A stretch of 64,000 nucleotides of DNA, taken from the NCBI GenBank assembly GCA_963710375.1, contig CAVPZX010000002.1, forward strand, positions 512,001 to 576,000, written 5' to 3'. Shown here piece after piece: positions 26,202-35,572 of the stretch. The position numbers and the translations under genes are program-made. The DNA is from Nitrospirota bacterium. Lineage in GTDB: Bacteria > Nitrospirota > Thermodesulfovibrionia > Thermodesulfovibrionales > Dissulfurispiraceae. Every line of letters starts with the position of its first letter. The first letter of the stretch is position 1. The notes under the pieces are model-generated. The model ran no database searches and had not been told where the DNA came from. It saw only the letters and a list, made by a program, of their open reading frames with translations.

Positions 26202-27359
26202 TTAGCCTATACTCCTCAGTCCGTCAGCTATACGTATGTGTACGCAACGCCAGGCCGGCACAATAGCAGCGACCACCCCAACCAGCAGCGCGGCTGCGAT
26301 ATCCATATAAATAGTTGTGGTTGCCACATTGAACACCGGGAAATAGTCGCCCATGGCCTCGCCGAACGCCTTAGCAACAGGAAATGTGGCTGCAATGCCT
26401 GCTGCGCCGCCTATAATAGCGATGACGATTGATTCTCCAAATATCAGGCCGGCCAGGTGCGATCCGCCGAACCCGAGTGCTTTAAATACTGCATATTCCC
26501 CAAGCCGCTCGCGGGCATTCATAGCCATTGTATTAGCCATAACAGCCATGATTATAATGATTACCACAAAGGACACTAACTGGATAGCAACGACTATAGC
26601 CTCCGACATGGAGATAAACCCCAGCGCGAAAGCCTTTTCCGTTTCGGTCAATGTTTCTGCAAGTGAGTTTTTGAACATTTTATCTACTGTCTGTGAGACC
26701 TCGGCTGCAAGGCCGGGGTTTTTAATACCGATCAAATAGAAACCGACCTGATCTGCTCTGAGCGACGCAGTTTTTTTGAGTGATTCATTGAGATAATCCC
26801 AGTGGAACAGGAATTCCGTTTCATCAGTGCTTTTTTCCCTGCCGTGATAAATGGCACGCAGCACAAATTCCCAGTTGCCTGGGAAGATGGTACCCTTCAG
26901 CGTAATCGTATCACCTATTTTCCAGTGGTATTTCTCTGCGATTTTTCGGCCGGCGACCGCGGCCTTGCGGTCCCGGACAAAAGCCTCCTGCTGGTCAGGG
27001 GGGATCAAAAACTCGGGGACCAGCGCGAGATAGCTTTTAGGTTCTACAGCGAAATTAGGGAAAAAGTGTTTCTCGTCAATGTAAATACCGCCAAACCAGT
27101 TTGCACGTGCCACGGTTTTCACTCCCTGTACATGGCTAATCTGTTCCTCATACGAGAGGGGAAGCGTAAAGACCAGTGAGATCGCATTCCTTGTTACAAG
27201 ACGGGTCGCCGAAGAGGCCTCAACTCCTGCATACCAGGCGCTTACAACTGTCCTGAGAAGACCGAAGGCAAGTATGGCGACAGTGATGCCGACAATAGTG
27301 AGCCATGTCCGGAGTTTGTGACGAAAAGCGTTCTTAAAAATGAGCTTCAGGATGAACAT
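26202..27359 (-). CDS. ABC transporter permease (MacB/FtsX family)
   Basis: RERLGEYAVFKALGF and the FtsX-type C-terminal TMs. Confidence 0.92.
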   Translation of the reverse strand: MFILKLIFKNAFRHKLRTWLTIVGITVAILAFGLLRTVVSAWYAGVEASSATRLVTRNAISLVFTLPLSYEEQISHVQGVKTVARANWFGGIYIDEKHFFPNFAVEPKSYLALVPEFLIPPDQQEAFVRDRKAAVAGRKIAEKYHWKIGDTITLKGTIFPGNWEFVLRAIYHGREKSTDETEFLFHWDYLNESLKKTASLRADQVGFYLIGIKNPGLAAEVSQTVDKMFKNSLAETLTETEKAFALGFISMSEAIVVAIQLVSFVVIIIIMAVMANTMAMNARERLGEYAVFKALGFGGSHLAGLIFGESIVIAIIGGAAGIAATFPVAKAFGEAMGDYFPVFNVATTTIYMDIAAALLVGVVAAIVPAWRCVHIRIADGLRSIG

Positions 27360-28038
27360 TTAATACACCTTTTTCCAGATGCTTTATTACATGGGCCTTT
27401 TCAGCAGCTCGAGGGTCGTGCGTTACCATGACGATAGTCTTGCCTGACTCGGCATTGAGGCGTTCCATCAAATCAAGTATCTCTCGTGCGGAAACACGGT
27501 CAAGATCACCTGTCGGCTCATCGGCCACTAGTATGGCCGGGTCGGTTATTACGGCACGTGCTATGGCTACGCGCTGCTGCTGACCGCCGGAGAGCTGTCC
27601 CGGGTAGTGGTCCATCCTGTCGGCAAGACCTACTATTGAAAGAGCGACTTCCGCATGTTCGCGCCGCTCACTTCGCGAGAGCCCGGTCAACAGAAGCGGC
27701 AACGCAACATTCTCGAAAGCGGTAAGAACCGGGATAAGATTGTAAAACTGAAAGATAAAACCCACATTGTCAGCCCGCCAGCGTGCAAGCTCAGTTTCGG
27801 TCAGAGTCGTTATATCGATAGCTCCCACTTTGATAGTACCGCTGTCAGCCTTGTCAATGCCGGCAATAAGATTGAGCAGGGTGCTCTTGCCGGAGCCTGA
27901 CGGTCCCATAAGAGCCAGGAACTCGCCGTCTTTGATATCAAATGTGAGGTCGTTCAGCACAGGCACTATTTGGGAGCCTTTATGGTATGATTTGCTCAGA
28001 TTCTGTATTTCAACAATCGGCCGTGGTTCTGCTTCCAT
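27334..28038 (-). CDS. ABC transporter ATP-binding protein (LolD/MacB-like)
   Basis: GPSGSGKS, LSGGQQQRV, ADEPTG, VTHD. Confidence 0.96.
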   Translation of the reverse strand: MEAEPRPIVEIQNLSKSYHKGSQIVPVLNDLTFDIKDGEFLALMGPSGSGKSTLLNLIAGIDKADSGTIKVGAIDITTLTETELARWRADNVGFIFQFYNLIPVLTAFENVALPLLLTGLSRSERREHAEVALSIVGLADRMDHYPGQLSGGQQQRVAIARAVITDPAILVADEPTGDLDRVSAREILDLMERLNAESGKTIVMVTHDPRAAEKAHVIKHLEKGVLNVHPEAHF

Positions 28039-29256
28039 CTATTTTTCTACAACTTTTATCTTCGTGCCGTTTCTTAATCCGGACGGCGGATTGGCTGCTA
28101 ATTTGTCCCCTGCCTGTACTCCTCCGGTCACCTCCAGCATATCGCCTCTCTTCGCGCCGATCGTTACCGGAGTCTCTATCGCCCGGTTGCCCCTGATAAT
28201 AAAAACAACCTTTCGATCAGAACGGCTTACAACGGATGCAGGGTTAAGGGCGGTGAACGGCGTTTGCTCATCCCGTCCTGCCGGCCTGGAGAGAAATGCG
28301 ACTTTCGCGCTCATTTCCGGCAATATGCGTTTGTCCTCGTCAATAAAACGCACCTTCACCAATACGGTCGCCTTGCTCCGGTCAGCGGTAGGGACAACCG
28401 TGCTGACCTCTCCCCTGAAGCGGGATTCCGGCAATGCATCGAGCTGAAGCACGCACGGCTGTCCCACCCTGACCTGCTGCAGGTTGGATTCCGATACATC
28501 AGCCTCCACTTCGAGAGAACTCATATCAGCAATAGTTACCACTGCGGCCTTCGCATTTACGGCAGCACCTATCGGAGTAACGATATCACCTACATCGGCA
28601 TCTTTCGTTAAAACCACAGCATCAAAAGGTGCGCGTATCAGCGTGTATTCAATAGCAACGTTCGCGCCGTTGAGCGTAGCGATTGCAGCCTTGATGGCAG
28701 CTTCAGCACCTTCCACCGCAGCCTTTGCCTTCTTGTATCGAGCTTCAGCAGTATCATAGTCAGCCTGGGCCACGTACCCTTTTGACAGAAGATCCCGCTC
28801 TCTGTTCAGCTCGAGCGTTGCATCATTCAATTCCGCCTTCGCCTGTTCAAGGTTTGAGCGGGCAACATTAAGATTGGCAGCAGCCTGGTTCTTTTGAGCA
28901 GTAACGTCCTCGTTCTCGAGTCGTGCGATAAGCTGACCTTTTTTCACTACACTACCTTCCTGAACACCCAGCCATACCAGTGTGCCGGTGACCTTTGAAG
29001 CAACAGCAGCTTTGCGTTGGGCCACTACATAGCCGCTTGCATTTAAAAGCGTAAAGGCCTGAGATGGATACATCTTTGACACTGTCACCGCCTCTACTTC
29101 CACCGACGGGGTAAGAGCTCCCTGAAAATAGAGGAACAACAATACAAAAAGCACAACCACAGCTGCTATCAGGGCAGGAGGAATCCTGCGCCGTGAGCGT
29201 CGGGGCGTTTCAGCAACCTTTTGTATCTTCAATTTTGAGAGATCTTCCTGCGCCAT
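28039..29256 (-). CDS. Efflux periplasmic adaptor (membrane fusion protein, MacA-like)
   Basis: TM anchor, lipoyl-like halves (VKKGQLIARLE; IRAPFDAVV), coiled coil. Confidence 0.92.
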   Translation of the reverse strand: MAQEDLSKLKIQKVAETPRRSRRRIPPALIAAVVVLFVLLFLYFQGALTPSVEVEAVTVSKMYPSQAFTLLNASGYVVAQRKAAVASKVTGTLVWLGVQEGSVVKKGQLIARLENEDVTAQKNQAAANLNVARSNLEQAKAELNDATLELNRERDLLSKGYVAQADYDTAEARYKKAKAAVEGAEAAIKAAIATLNGANVAIEYTLIRAPFDAVVLTKDADVGDIVTPIGAAVNAKAAVVTIADMSSLEVEADVSESNLQQVRVGQPCVLQLDALPESRFRGEVSTVVPTADRSKATVLVKVRFIDEDKRILPEMSAKVAFLSRPAGRDEQTPFTALNPASVVSRSDRKVVFIIRGNRAIETPVTIGAKRGDMLEVTGGVQAGDKLAANPPSGLRNGTKIKVVEK

Positions 29257-29341
29257 TGTCAGTTATTATATCAAAGGTTATAGATAATTAGGTTACCTAT
29301 TGCCTATTGTCAACCGGACACTGTCTATATATTTGATAACT

Positions 29342-29369
29342 TGTAACCTTTCCGAAGAAATCTACGACT
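29342..29369 (+). promoter_or_regulatory. Putative ECF-sigma promoter
   Basis: TGTAACC-N16-CGACT upstream of the ECF sigma gene. Confidence 0.5.
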
Positions 29370-29557
29370 AAAATATCAAGAAGCAAGGCAAAGCATAACA
29401 AAAACAGGTGTCCCCCTGGTTGAGCCAGGAGGGAGGAGGTGTTTTTCCTGGCGGCCATGAATGCCCGGTTGCTGATATTTGTCCTATGAGTTATGGTACA
29501 GTGAAAACAGAGGGATTACAACAATCTTTCTCATTATTCCTAGGGGTGCAGCATACA

Positions 29558-30152
29558 TTGGACGATCGGAACGACAATGAGATAATCAAAAGCATTTTGA
29601 GCGGTAACACAGACGAATTCGAAGTTATTTTAAAGCGGTATGATCAATATATATTTAATATTATATCAAAGCATTTACCACGGGAAATGGTTGAGGAGGC
29701 GGCCCATGAAGTCTTTATCCGGATTTATAAGGCGCTGCCTTCGTTCAGGGCCGAGGCACCTTTTAAGTATTGGATCTCTAGGATAGCCGAGAGATACTGC
29801 TATGATTATTGGAGAGAACATTACAAATCGAAAGAGATGCCCATGGCCTCAGCTGACGGATGATCACAGCCAATGGGTTGAGACAGTCATATCAGAGCAA
29901 TCGCAGAAATATTTTGAAAAGGAACAGCTGCTAAAGGAATCAAAAGAGGTACTGCAGTGGGCCCTTAATAAGTTGACAGCAGAGGATAGGATGGTAATAA
30001 CATTGCTATACTTGCAAGAACTTTCGGTAAAAGAAGCTGCCGATCTCCTGGGGTGGAGCATTATCAATGTTAAAGTGAGAGCCCACCGTTCACGGAACAA
30101 ACTTCGCAAGATAATATCGTCATTGTTAGGGCGGGAAGGGGGCCACCAATGA
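29558..30152 (+). pseudogene. ECF sigma factor split by a +1 frameshift near 29850 (possibly a sequencing error)
   Basis: Region 2 (EVFIRIYKAL...FKYWISRIA) in ORF 29408..29863; region 4 (LSVKEAADLLGWSIINVKVRAHR) in ORF 29802..30152. Confidence 0.85.
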
Positions 30153-30469
30153 AACCACATGATGAAAAAGTAGAGAAAATCGAAAAGGCATTGAAATCCG
30201 CTTACAGAAATAGCGGCCAGATTCGAGTGAACCCCGAATGGGAAAGAGAGGTCATGTACCATATCCTTAGTCTCCCCGCAACCCCGTTGCGTACTATTAC
30301 CATATGGGATGGCCCCGCTATGTGGAGAACAGCAACAGCGGTCAGCATAAGTGCGCTTATTTTGCTATTCTTCACGTTCATTAACAATATCGGCCCTGAA
30401 TTTGAGGCAGCACGTTTAATGCTTGAAGATCCTTCGGGATTTACATTTGCTCAGCTTTTGTTCCCATAA
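30149..30469 (+). CDS. Putative membrane anti-sigma factor
   Basis: Small single-TM protein, ATGA-coupled to the ECF sigma gene. Confidence 0.65.
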   Translation: MKPHDEKVEKIEKALKSAYRNSGQIRVNPEWEREVMYHILSLPATPLRTITIWDGPAMWRTATAVSISALILLFFTFINNIGPEFEAARLMLEDPSGFTFAQLLFP

Positions 30470-30504
30470 GACAGGCAATAGGTCATGGGTAAAAGGAGTT
30501 AACT

Positions 30505-30906
30505 ATGAAAGCATGGAAAACCTGGTTGGTAATAGTAGCCGTATTCGTCTCAGGGGTTATCATAGGCGCCGCTGCCGGGGGATTATATATGAAGCACAGA
30601 ATCGGCGGTATCCTTCATGGGGGCCTGCCGGCTATGCGGAAGGTTATCATGAAAAATCTGACTGCTGAATTAAACCTGACAGCCGACCAGCAGGATGAGA
30701 TAGAAGAAATCGTAGAGGAAACGCAATTACAGCTCCAGCAGCTTCGTGCCCAATACCGTCCCAAAATGGAAGCCATAGTCAACACAGGCGTTGCCACTAT
30801 GAAGACAAGACTTTCAGAAGAGCAGCAAAAGAAACTGGACGCACTCTATGCGAAAGTGAAAAAACGCTGGAGCATGAGAAGAAGCATGGGAGAGAGTGAA
30901 CATTAG
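30505..30906 (+). CDS. Periplasmic CpxP/Spy- or heavy-metal-sensor-like helical protein
   Basis: TM anchor; ELNLTADQQ and LSEEQQ motifs. Confidence 0.65.
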   Translation: MKAWKTWLVIVAVFVSGVIIGAAAGGLYMKHRIGGILHGGLPAMRKVIMKNLTAELNLTADQQDEIEEIVEETQLQLQQLRAQYRPKMEAIVNTGVATMKTRLSEEQQKKLDALYAKVKKRWSMRRSMGESEH

Positions 30907-30958
30907 ACATATGTCTCTTTTCTCTTGCTTTTGCACCCTTTTTGTTTCATAATTTTGC

Positions 30959-32173
30959 ATGGTAACAACGTTCGTGTGGGCTGGAAAGACATCTTCAGGC
31001 GCAATCAGAACCGGCGAGATGCCTGCCGGCAGCAAGGATGAACTAATCTCTCTCCTCAAAAAACAGGGAATAATACCGACTTCCATCTCTGAGAAAAAAG
31101 CGGGTCTTAAACTCTTCGGTCACAAAAAACGAAAAATAACCGAGAAGGACCTTGTGATCTTTACCAGGCAATTTTCGACCATGTTCACTGCAGGCATTCC
31201 CATTGTACAGGGCCTTGAAATTTTAGCAAAGCAGATTGAGAACAGATCTATGGGAGAGGTTATAGGCCAAATTAAGAGCGATGTCGAAACCGGCTCAAGC
31301 CTTGCCGATGCCCTGAAAAAACATAAAAACCTTTTTGACGATCTATATGTAAACCTTGTCGCGGCGGGAGAAGTAGGCGGAGTTCTTGACGACGTCCTCC
31401 TGAGACTCGCGGGGTATATTGAAAAAAATATGAAGCTGAAGAAAAAAGTGAAAGGCGCAATGATCTACCCGATTATCGTTATGTCGGTAGCCGTATTGGT
31501 AATCGCTATAATAATGGTATTTGTTATCCCCGTCTTTGCCAAAATTTTTGCCGATATGGGTGCCAAGCTCCCGGCTCCGACAAGGAGCGTTATCTGGCTG
31601 AGCCACTTCCTGGTCGGTATTGGTGGAGTCAGCCTGGGCAGCGGGCTTCTCGCCGGAAGTTTCTTACTTAAACGATGGAGAAAAACCGAGGCCGGACATA
31701 AAAAAACTGACGAGATCATGCTGAAGCTCCCCATCTTTGGTGATTTATTAAAAAAGGTAGCTGTAGCCCGGTTTACAAGGACACTGGGCACGCTTTTGAC
31801 CAGCGGTGTTCCAATCTTGGACGGTCTCGAGATATGCGCCAAATCATCGGGAAACAAGGTCGTCGAAGAAACCGTTATGGGGGTCAGGGGTGATGTCGCC
31901 GCAGGCAAAACGGTTTCCGAGCCCCTTTCACAATCGCCGGTGTTCTCTCCCATGGTCTGCCAGATGATAAGCGTCGGCGAAGCAACAGGCGCACTCGACC
32001 AGATGCTTATTAAGATCGCCGATTTCTATGACGATGAAGTGGATACTGCCGTCACAAACCTTACCACCATGCTCGAGCCGATGCTGATGATTTTTTTAGG
32101 CGTTACCATAGGCTACATTGTTGTGTCACTTTACTTGCCCATATTCAAGATGGGCGAGGCGATAGGACAGTAA
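30959..32173 (+). CDS. pilC: Type IV pilus inner-membrane platform protein PilC
   Basis: FTRQFSTM, AGEVGGVL, KVKGAMIYP, RFTRTLGTLLTSGVP, GEATGALD, LEP. Confidence 0.95.
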   Translation: MVTTFVWAGKTSSGAIRTGEMPAGSKDELISLLKKQGIIPTSISEKKAGLKLFGHKKRKITEKDLVIFTRQFSTMFTAGIPIVQGLEILAKQIENRSMGEVIGQIKSDVETGSSLADALKKHKNLFDDLYVNLVAAGEVGGVLDDVLLRLAGYIEKNMKLKKKVKGAMIYPIIVMSVAVLVIAIIMVFVIPVFAKIFADMGAKLPAPTRSVIWLSHFLVGIGGVSLGSGLLAGSFLLKRWRKTEAGHKKTDEIMLKLPIFGDLLKKVAVARFTRTLGTLLTSGVPILDGLEICAKSSGNKVVEETVMGVRGDVAAGKTVSEPLSQSPVFSPMVCQMISVGEATGALDQMLIKIADFYDDEVDTAVTNLTTMLEPMLMIFLGVTIGYIVVSLYLPIFKMGEAIGQ

Positions 32174-32176
32174 GAA

Positions 32177-32278
32177 GCGAATAGTGAAACGTGAATAGTG
32201 AATGGTAAAGAGTTAAGAAGTGAAAATCAATATACTTGCTTCCAGTCTTTCTTCACCATTCACTTTTCACTATTCACG
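32177..32278. repeat. Palindromic heptamer array (GTGAATA-type) between convergent genes
   Basis: gcgaatagtgaaacgtgaatagtgaatgg ... ttcaccattcacttttcactattcacg. Confidence 0.8.
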
Positions 32279-33623
32279 TTCCTTTATCCTTCTTATGTTT
32301 AGACAGCCGGTAGCGGAATTCTCTGAAAGACAGTCCGAGTAGTTGAGCTGCTTTTGTCTTCACCCCTCCGGCCTTTTCAAGCGCCTTCTCAAGAAAACTC
32401 CTTTCCAAAGCACCTAAATATTCATTGATGTTTACTCCGGTATCCGGCAGGTGAGCTACTGAACTGCCCTGGCCCGAAGGTTCCTTGCAGGAAGTACATT
32501 TAAGGTAACCATCTTCCGAAAGAATAATTTCCCTTTCAATCATGTTCTTTAGTTCCCTAACATTGCCCCTCAGTTCGTGCTGCAAAACATAATCCACAAA
32601 TGCGGGATCAATTTTAAGAATTGTTTTTTGAAACTTTTGGGACAGTCCCCTTGCAAAGTGATCAATGAGGAGAGGAATATCTTCCCTGCGTTCTCTCAGA
32701 GAAGGCAATCGGATCTCAAATGTCGAGAGCCGGTAATAAAGGTCCTCCCTGAACTCGTTCTTTTCCGAGAGCTCAGTCAGGTTCTTATTGGTCGCGACAA
32801 TTATTCGCACATCCACCTCTATTTCATTGCCGCTGCCGAGCGGCCGCATTTTTTTGTCTTCAAGAAACCGGAGCAATTTTGACTGCAACGGCAACGGCAT
32901 CTCTCCGATTTCGTCAAGCAGGAGCGTACCGCCGTCTGCCTCAGCGATGAGCCCTCTCTTGGATTCATAGGCTCCGGTGAAGGCCCCTTTTTTATACCCG
33001 AACAGTTCGCTTTCGAGAAGTTCTGAAGGCAGGCTTGCGCAGTTAATAGCAATAAACGGCTTATCGTTCCTTTTACTCCTGTTGTGAATCGCCTTTGCAA
33101 CAAGCTCCTTGCCTGTGCCGCTTTCACCTGTTATAAGAACATTTGTGTCAAAAGGCGCTATTTTGTCTATTAAGGAAAAGACGGTTTGCATTGCTACAGA
33201 TTTGCCTACAATGCTTTGGTAAACATCAGCATATTGCTGAAGCTCTTTTACCTTTGTCTGCAAAAATATTTTTTCTTTTATGTTTTTTAAAGCAATGCGA
33301 ATCTCATCGATATTAAATGGTTTGGTGACATAATCATAGGCCCCAAGCTTCATGGCGCTTATTGCTGTTTCCGTTGATGCAAATGCCGTTATTATAAGGA
33401 CAACGGTATCAGGGCTGATATCCTTCAGTTCCTTGAGAAGGTCGATGCCTGATCCGTCGCCAAGCCGGAGATCAATAATTGCCAGATCAAAATAGTGCTG
33501 TGCAATCAGCGGCCCTGCTTCAGCGAAACATGACCCCTGATATGTTTCAAAACCGGTTTCGTCCAGAAGGAGTTTTAACGCCTTTCTGATATTCGCTTCA
33601 TCATCGACTATAAGTGCGCGCAT
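32274..33623 (-). CDS. pilR: Sigma54-dependent response regulator, PilR-like
   Basis: REC, GESGTGKE, ESELFG, GAFTGA, FREDLYYRL, Fis HTH ending FREFRYRL; next to pilS and pilA. Confidence 0.88.
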   Translation of the reverse strand: MRALIVDDEANIRKALKLLLDETGFETYQGSCFAEAGPLIAQHYFDLAIIDLRLGDGSGIDLLKELKDISPDTVVLIITAFASTETAISAMKLGAYDYVTKPFNIDEIRIALKNIKEKIFLQTKVKELQQYADVYQSIVGKSVAMQTVFSLIDKIAPFDTNVLITGESGTGKELVAKAIHNRSKRNDKPFIAINCASLPSELLESELFGYKKGAFTGAYESKRGLIAEADGGTLLLDEIGEMPLPLQSKLLRFLEDKKMRPLGSGNEIEVDVRIIVATNKNLTELSEKNEFREDLYYRLSTFEIRLPSLRERREDIPLLIDHFARGLSQKFQKTILKIDPAFVDYVLQHELRGNVRELKNMIEREIILSEDGYLKCTSCKEPSGQGSSVAHLPDTGVNINEYLGALERSFLEKALEKAGGVKTKAAQLLGLSFREFRYRLSKHKKDKGT

Positions 33624-33645
33624 GTTAGTATCTCCTTAGAAAATT

Positions 33646-33732
33646 GAAGGTGAGCAGATGGGAAGTTGAGAAGTTGAGTAAAGAAATCTTGACAAGTTCA
33701 CACCCTCTCACCTTCTCAACTTCTCAACTTCT
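33646..33732. repeat. Palindromic heptamer array (GAAGTTG-type) overlapping the pilS 3' end
   Basis: gaagttgagaagttgag ... ctcaccttctcaacttctcaacttc. Confidence 0.75.
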
Positions 33733-34871
33733 GTAGTTGTTGGAAAGCTGATCGAAAATCGTGCTCCGCCTAGTGGAGAAGAACCGGCCAAAACTGTTCC
33801 GCCAAAGTTCGTTATTATTCTATAGGCTATTGCGAGTCCCAGACCTGTGCCGTTTGTTTTTGTCGTAAAAAAAGGTTCGAAAATCTTGTCCTGCGCCTCA
33901 TCACTAATGCCGGGGCCGTCATCTTCTATCTCTATACTTGTCTCCTTCCGGTTCTTTCTGAGTACCACCTTAACGGTGCTCCGTGCTGCCTCGACCGCGT
34001 TCTTAATAATATTATTCAGGGCTATTTCGATAAAGGTCCTGTTGGCCATAATTATCGTATCCGCTACAGAAGTTAAAATTATTTTTTTGTCGTTCCTCTT
34101 GTCTTCAACCAGCATCTTAAGCATTGCAGAAAGGTCAACGTCTTCCTTTAAGGCATCTGCCGGCCTCGAAAATAAGAGGAAATCATTAACCAGACTGGTT
34201 AGGCGTTTTGTCTCGGTCATGAGTATATCGACAAACTCTCTGTCAGTCCTTCCCTCATTCAGGAATTGAACTGCAGCCGATATTGAGGCCAAAGGATTCC
34301 TCAGTTCGTGCGCAAGATCTGCGCTTACTCTGTAAAGCCGTTCTAACCCCTGGATTTTTATCCTTTCTTCTTCAAGCCGCCTGATGTAATGTTCCTGCTG
34401 TTCCATCCTTGTTTTCAGGTTATCGCCTGCAAGAGCTATAAGAGAAAAGGCAAAAAGGTGCAGTGAAACATTAAGTATCCCCTCCCTTTCAAATAGAATG
34501 CCATAACTGTAATACACCGTCCCATAAAGAATTGCAGCAATTATTGGAAACAGAAAGATTTTTTTTGTTTTTATCAGAACGGAGGAGAAAAATATCGGGA
34601 ATAGATAAATAAAGGTCAGATATGAATAAATGCCAAAACTTATATATGCTATTGCCGATATAAAGACTATATCAAGCAAAAAGTCGAAATAATTTATTTT
34701 TTCAGTGGCGACGACAAGCCTCAGGAGAACAATAAATATATAAATGACCAAAATGTTTCTAAGACTCGGATTAGCATAAGGCAGGCCAGCTATCTGAAAA
34801 CCTATCAGCAGCGCCAGTGCAAAAATAAAACGCCCGATGCGGTAATAATTGAAAAAAGATGAGGCATACAT
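33708..34871 (-). CDS. pilS: Sensor histidine kinase, PilS-like
   Basis: Multiple N-terminal TMs; LAHELRNPL, NIIKNA, DDGPG, FFTTK, GTGLGL. Confidence 0.85.
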   Translation of the reverse strand: MYASSFFNYYRIGRFIFALALLIGFQIAGLPYANPSLRNILVIYIFIVLLRLVVATEKINYFDFLLDIVFISAIAYISFGIYSYLTFIYLFPIFFSSVLIKTKKIFLFPIIAAILYGTVYYSYGILFEREGILNVSLHLFAFSLIALAGDNLKTRMEQQEHYIRRLEEERIKIQGLERLYRVSADLAHELRNPLASISAAVQFLNEGRTDREFVDILMTETKRLTSLVNDFLLFSRPADALKEDVDLSAMLKMLVEDKRNDKKIILTSVADTIIMANRTFIEIALNNIIKNAVEAARSTVKVVLRKNRKETSIEIEDDGPGISDEAQDKIFEPFFTTKTNGTGLGLAIAYRIITNFGGTVLAGSSPLGGARFSISFPTTTEVEKLRR

Positions 34872-34892
34872 TTGATAATTAGTGTAGGGCTG

Positions 34893-34934
34893 GTGACATT
34901 TTTTGTCAATGCCAGAGTGACAACAATTGTCACT
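34893..34934. promoter_or_regulatory. Two TGACA-N5-TGTCA palindromes, candidate PilR enhancer sites
   Basis: gtgacattttttgtcaa (34893) and agtgacaacaattgtcact (34916), 70-110 bp upstream of the sigma54 promoter. Confidence 0.65.
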
Positions 34935-35003
34935 AAATTCCTCGCCATTACTCGCATCTCAATAAAATAATTAAAAAACAAGCTGTAACGGTAGAACCAT
35001 CAA

Positions 35004-35019
35004 TGGCATGAAAGATGCT
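35004..35019 (+). promoter_or_regulatory. Sigma54 (-24/-12) promoter of pilA
   Basis: TGGCATGAAAGATGCT, GG-N10-GC. Confidence 0.8.
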
Positions 35020-35114
35020 TTACTATGATAGCTTGATAACATCTGACAGTGTCAGTATAATGAGTACACATGACATCCGCCGTTGGCGGGCAAGCTTACA
35101 TAAGGAGGTAATAT

Positions 35115-35546
35115 ATGTCTAAGGTTATTCAGAAAATGAGAACAATCGACGAAAGGGGCTTTACCCTTGTCGAACTGCTCATAGTTATCGCGATCATAGC
35201 TATTCTCGCAGCTATCGCTATCCCTCAGTTCTCAAGCTACCAACAGAGAGGCATCAGGGCCAGCATGCAGTCTGATGCGAGAAATACTGCAACCGTGGAG
35301 GAAGCATATTTTGGAGATAACCAGAGCTATACGGCGATTGGGCCTATGGCCGGGGCATCCCCGGGCGTGTCCTTCGTGATCGGTTCACAGACAGCAAGGA
35401 TGACTGCCCATAACGGCATTCAGGTGCAACAAATGAATAACGGCGGCAACAGCGGATACAACATTCAGGTTTTTAATCCCAATGGAGGATCAGGCTCCAA
35501 CACCTTCTACCAGGATAATACGGGAGTTATGAGCTGGGCTCCTTAA
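35115..35546 (+). CDS. pilA: Type IV major pilin
   Basis: G|FTLVELLIVIAIIAILAAIAIP; RBS taaggaggt; sigma54 promoter upstream. Confidence 0.92.
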   Translation: MSKVIQKMRTIDERGFTLVELLIVIAIIAILAAIAIPQFSSYQQRGIRASMQSDARNTATVEEAYFGDNQSYTAIGPMAGASPGVSFVIGSQTARMTAHNGIQVQQMNNGGNSGYNIQVFNPNGGSGSNTFYQDNTGVMSWAP

Positions 35547-35572
35547 GTTCCTCTGACACTGCAAATACATCT

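Noticed and set aside
25032..29256. MacAB-like ABC system as the RiPP exporter
   Set aside because: It is separated by sodC, lacks the cluster operator and is a widespread operon; nothing in the sequence links it to the peptide.
29861..29863. TGA read-through (selenocysteine) in the ECF sigma gene
   Set aside because: The downstream half is in a different frame, so read-through cannot join the parts.
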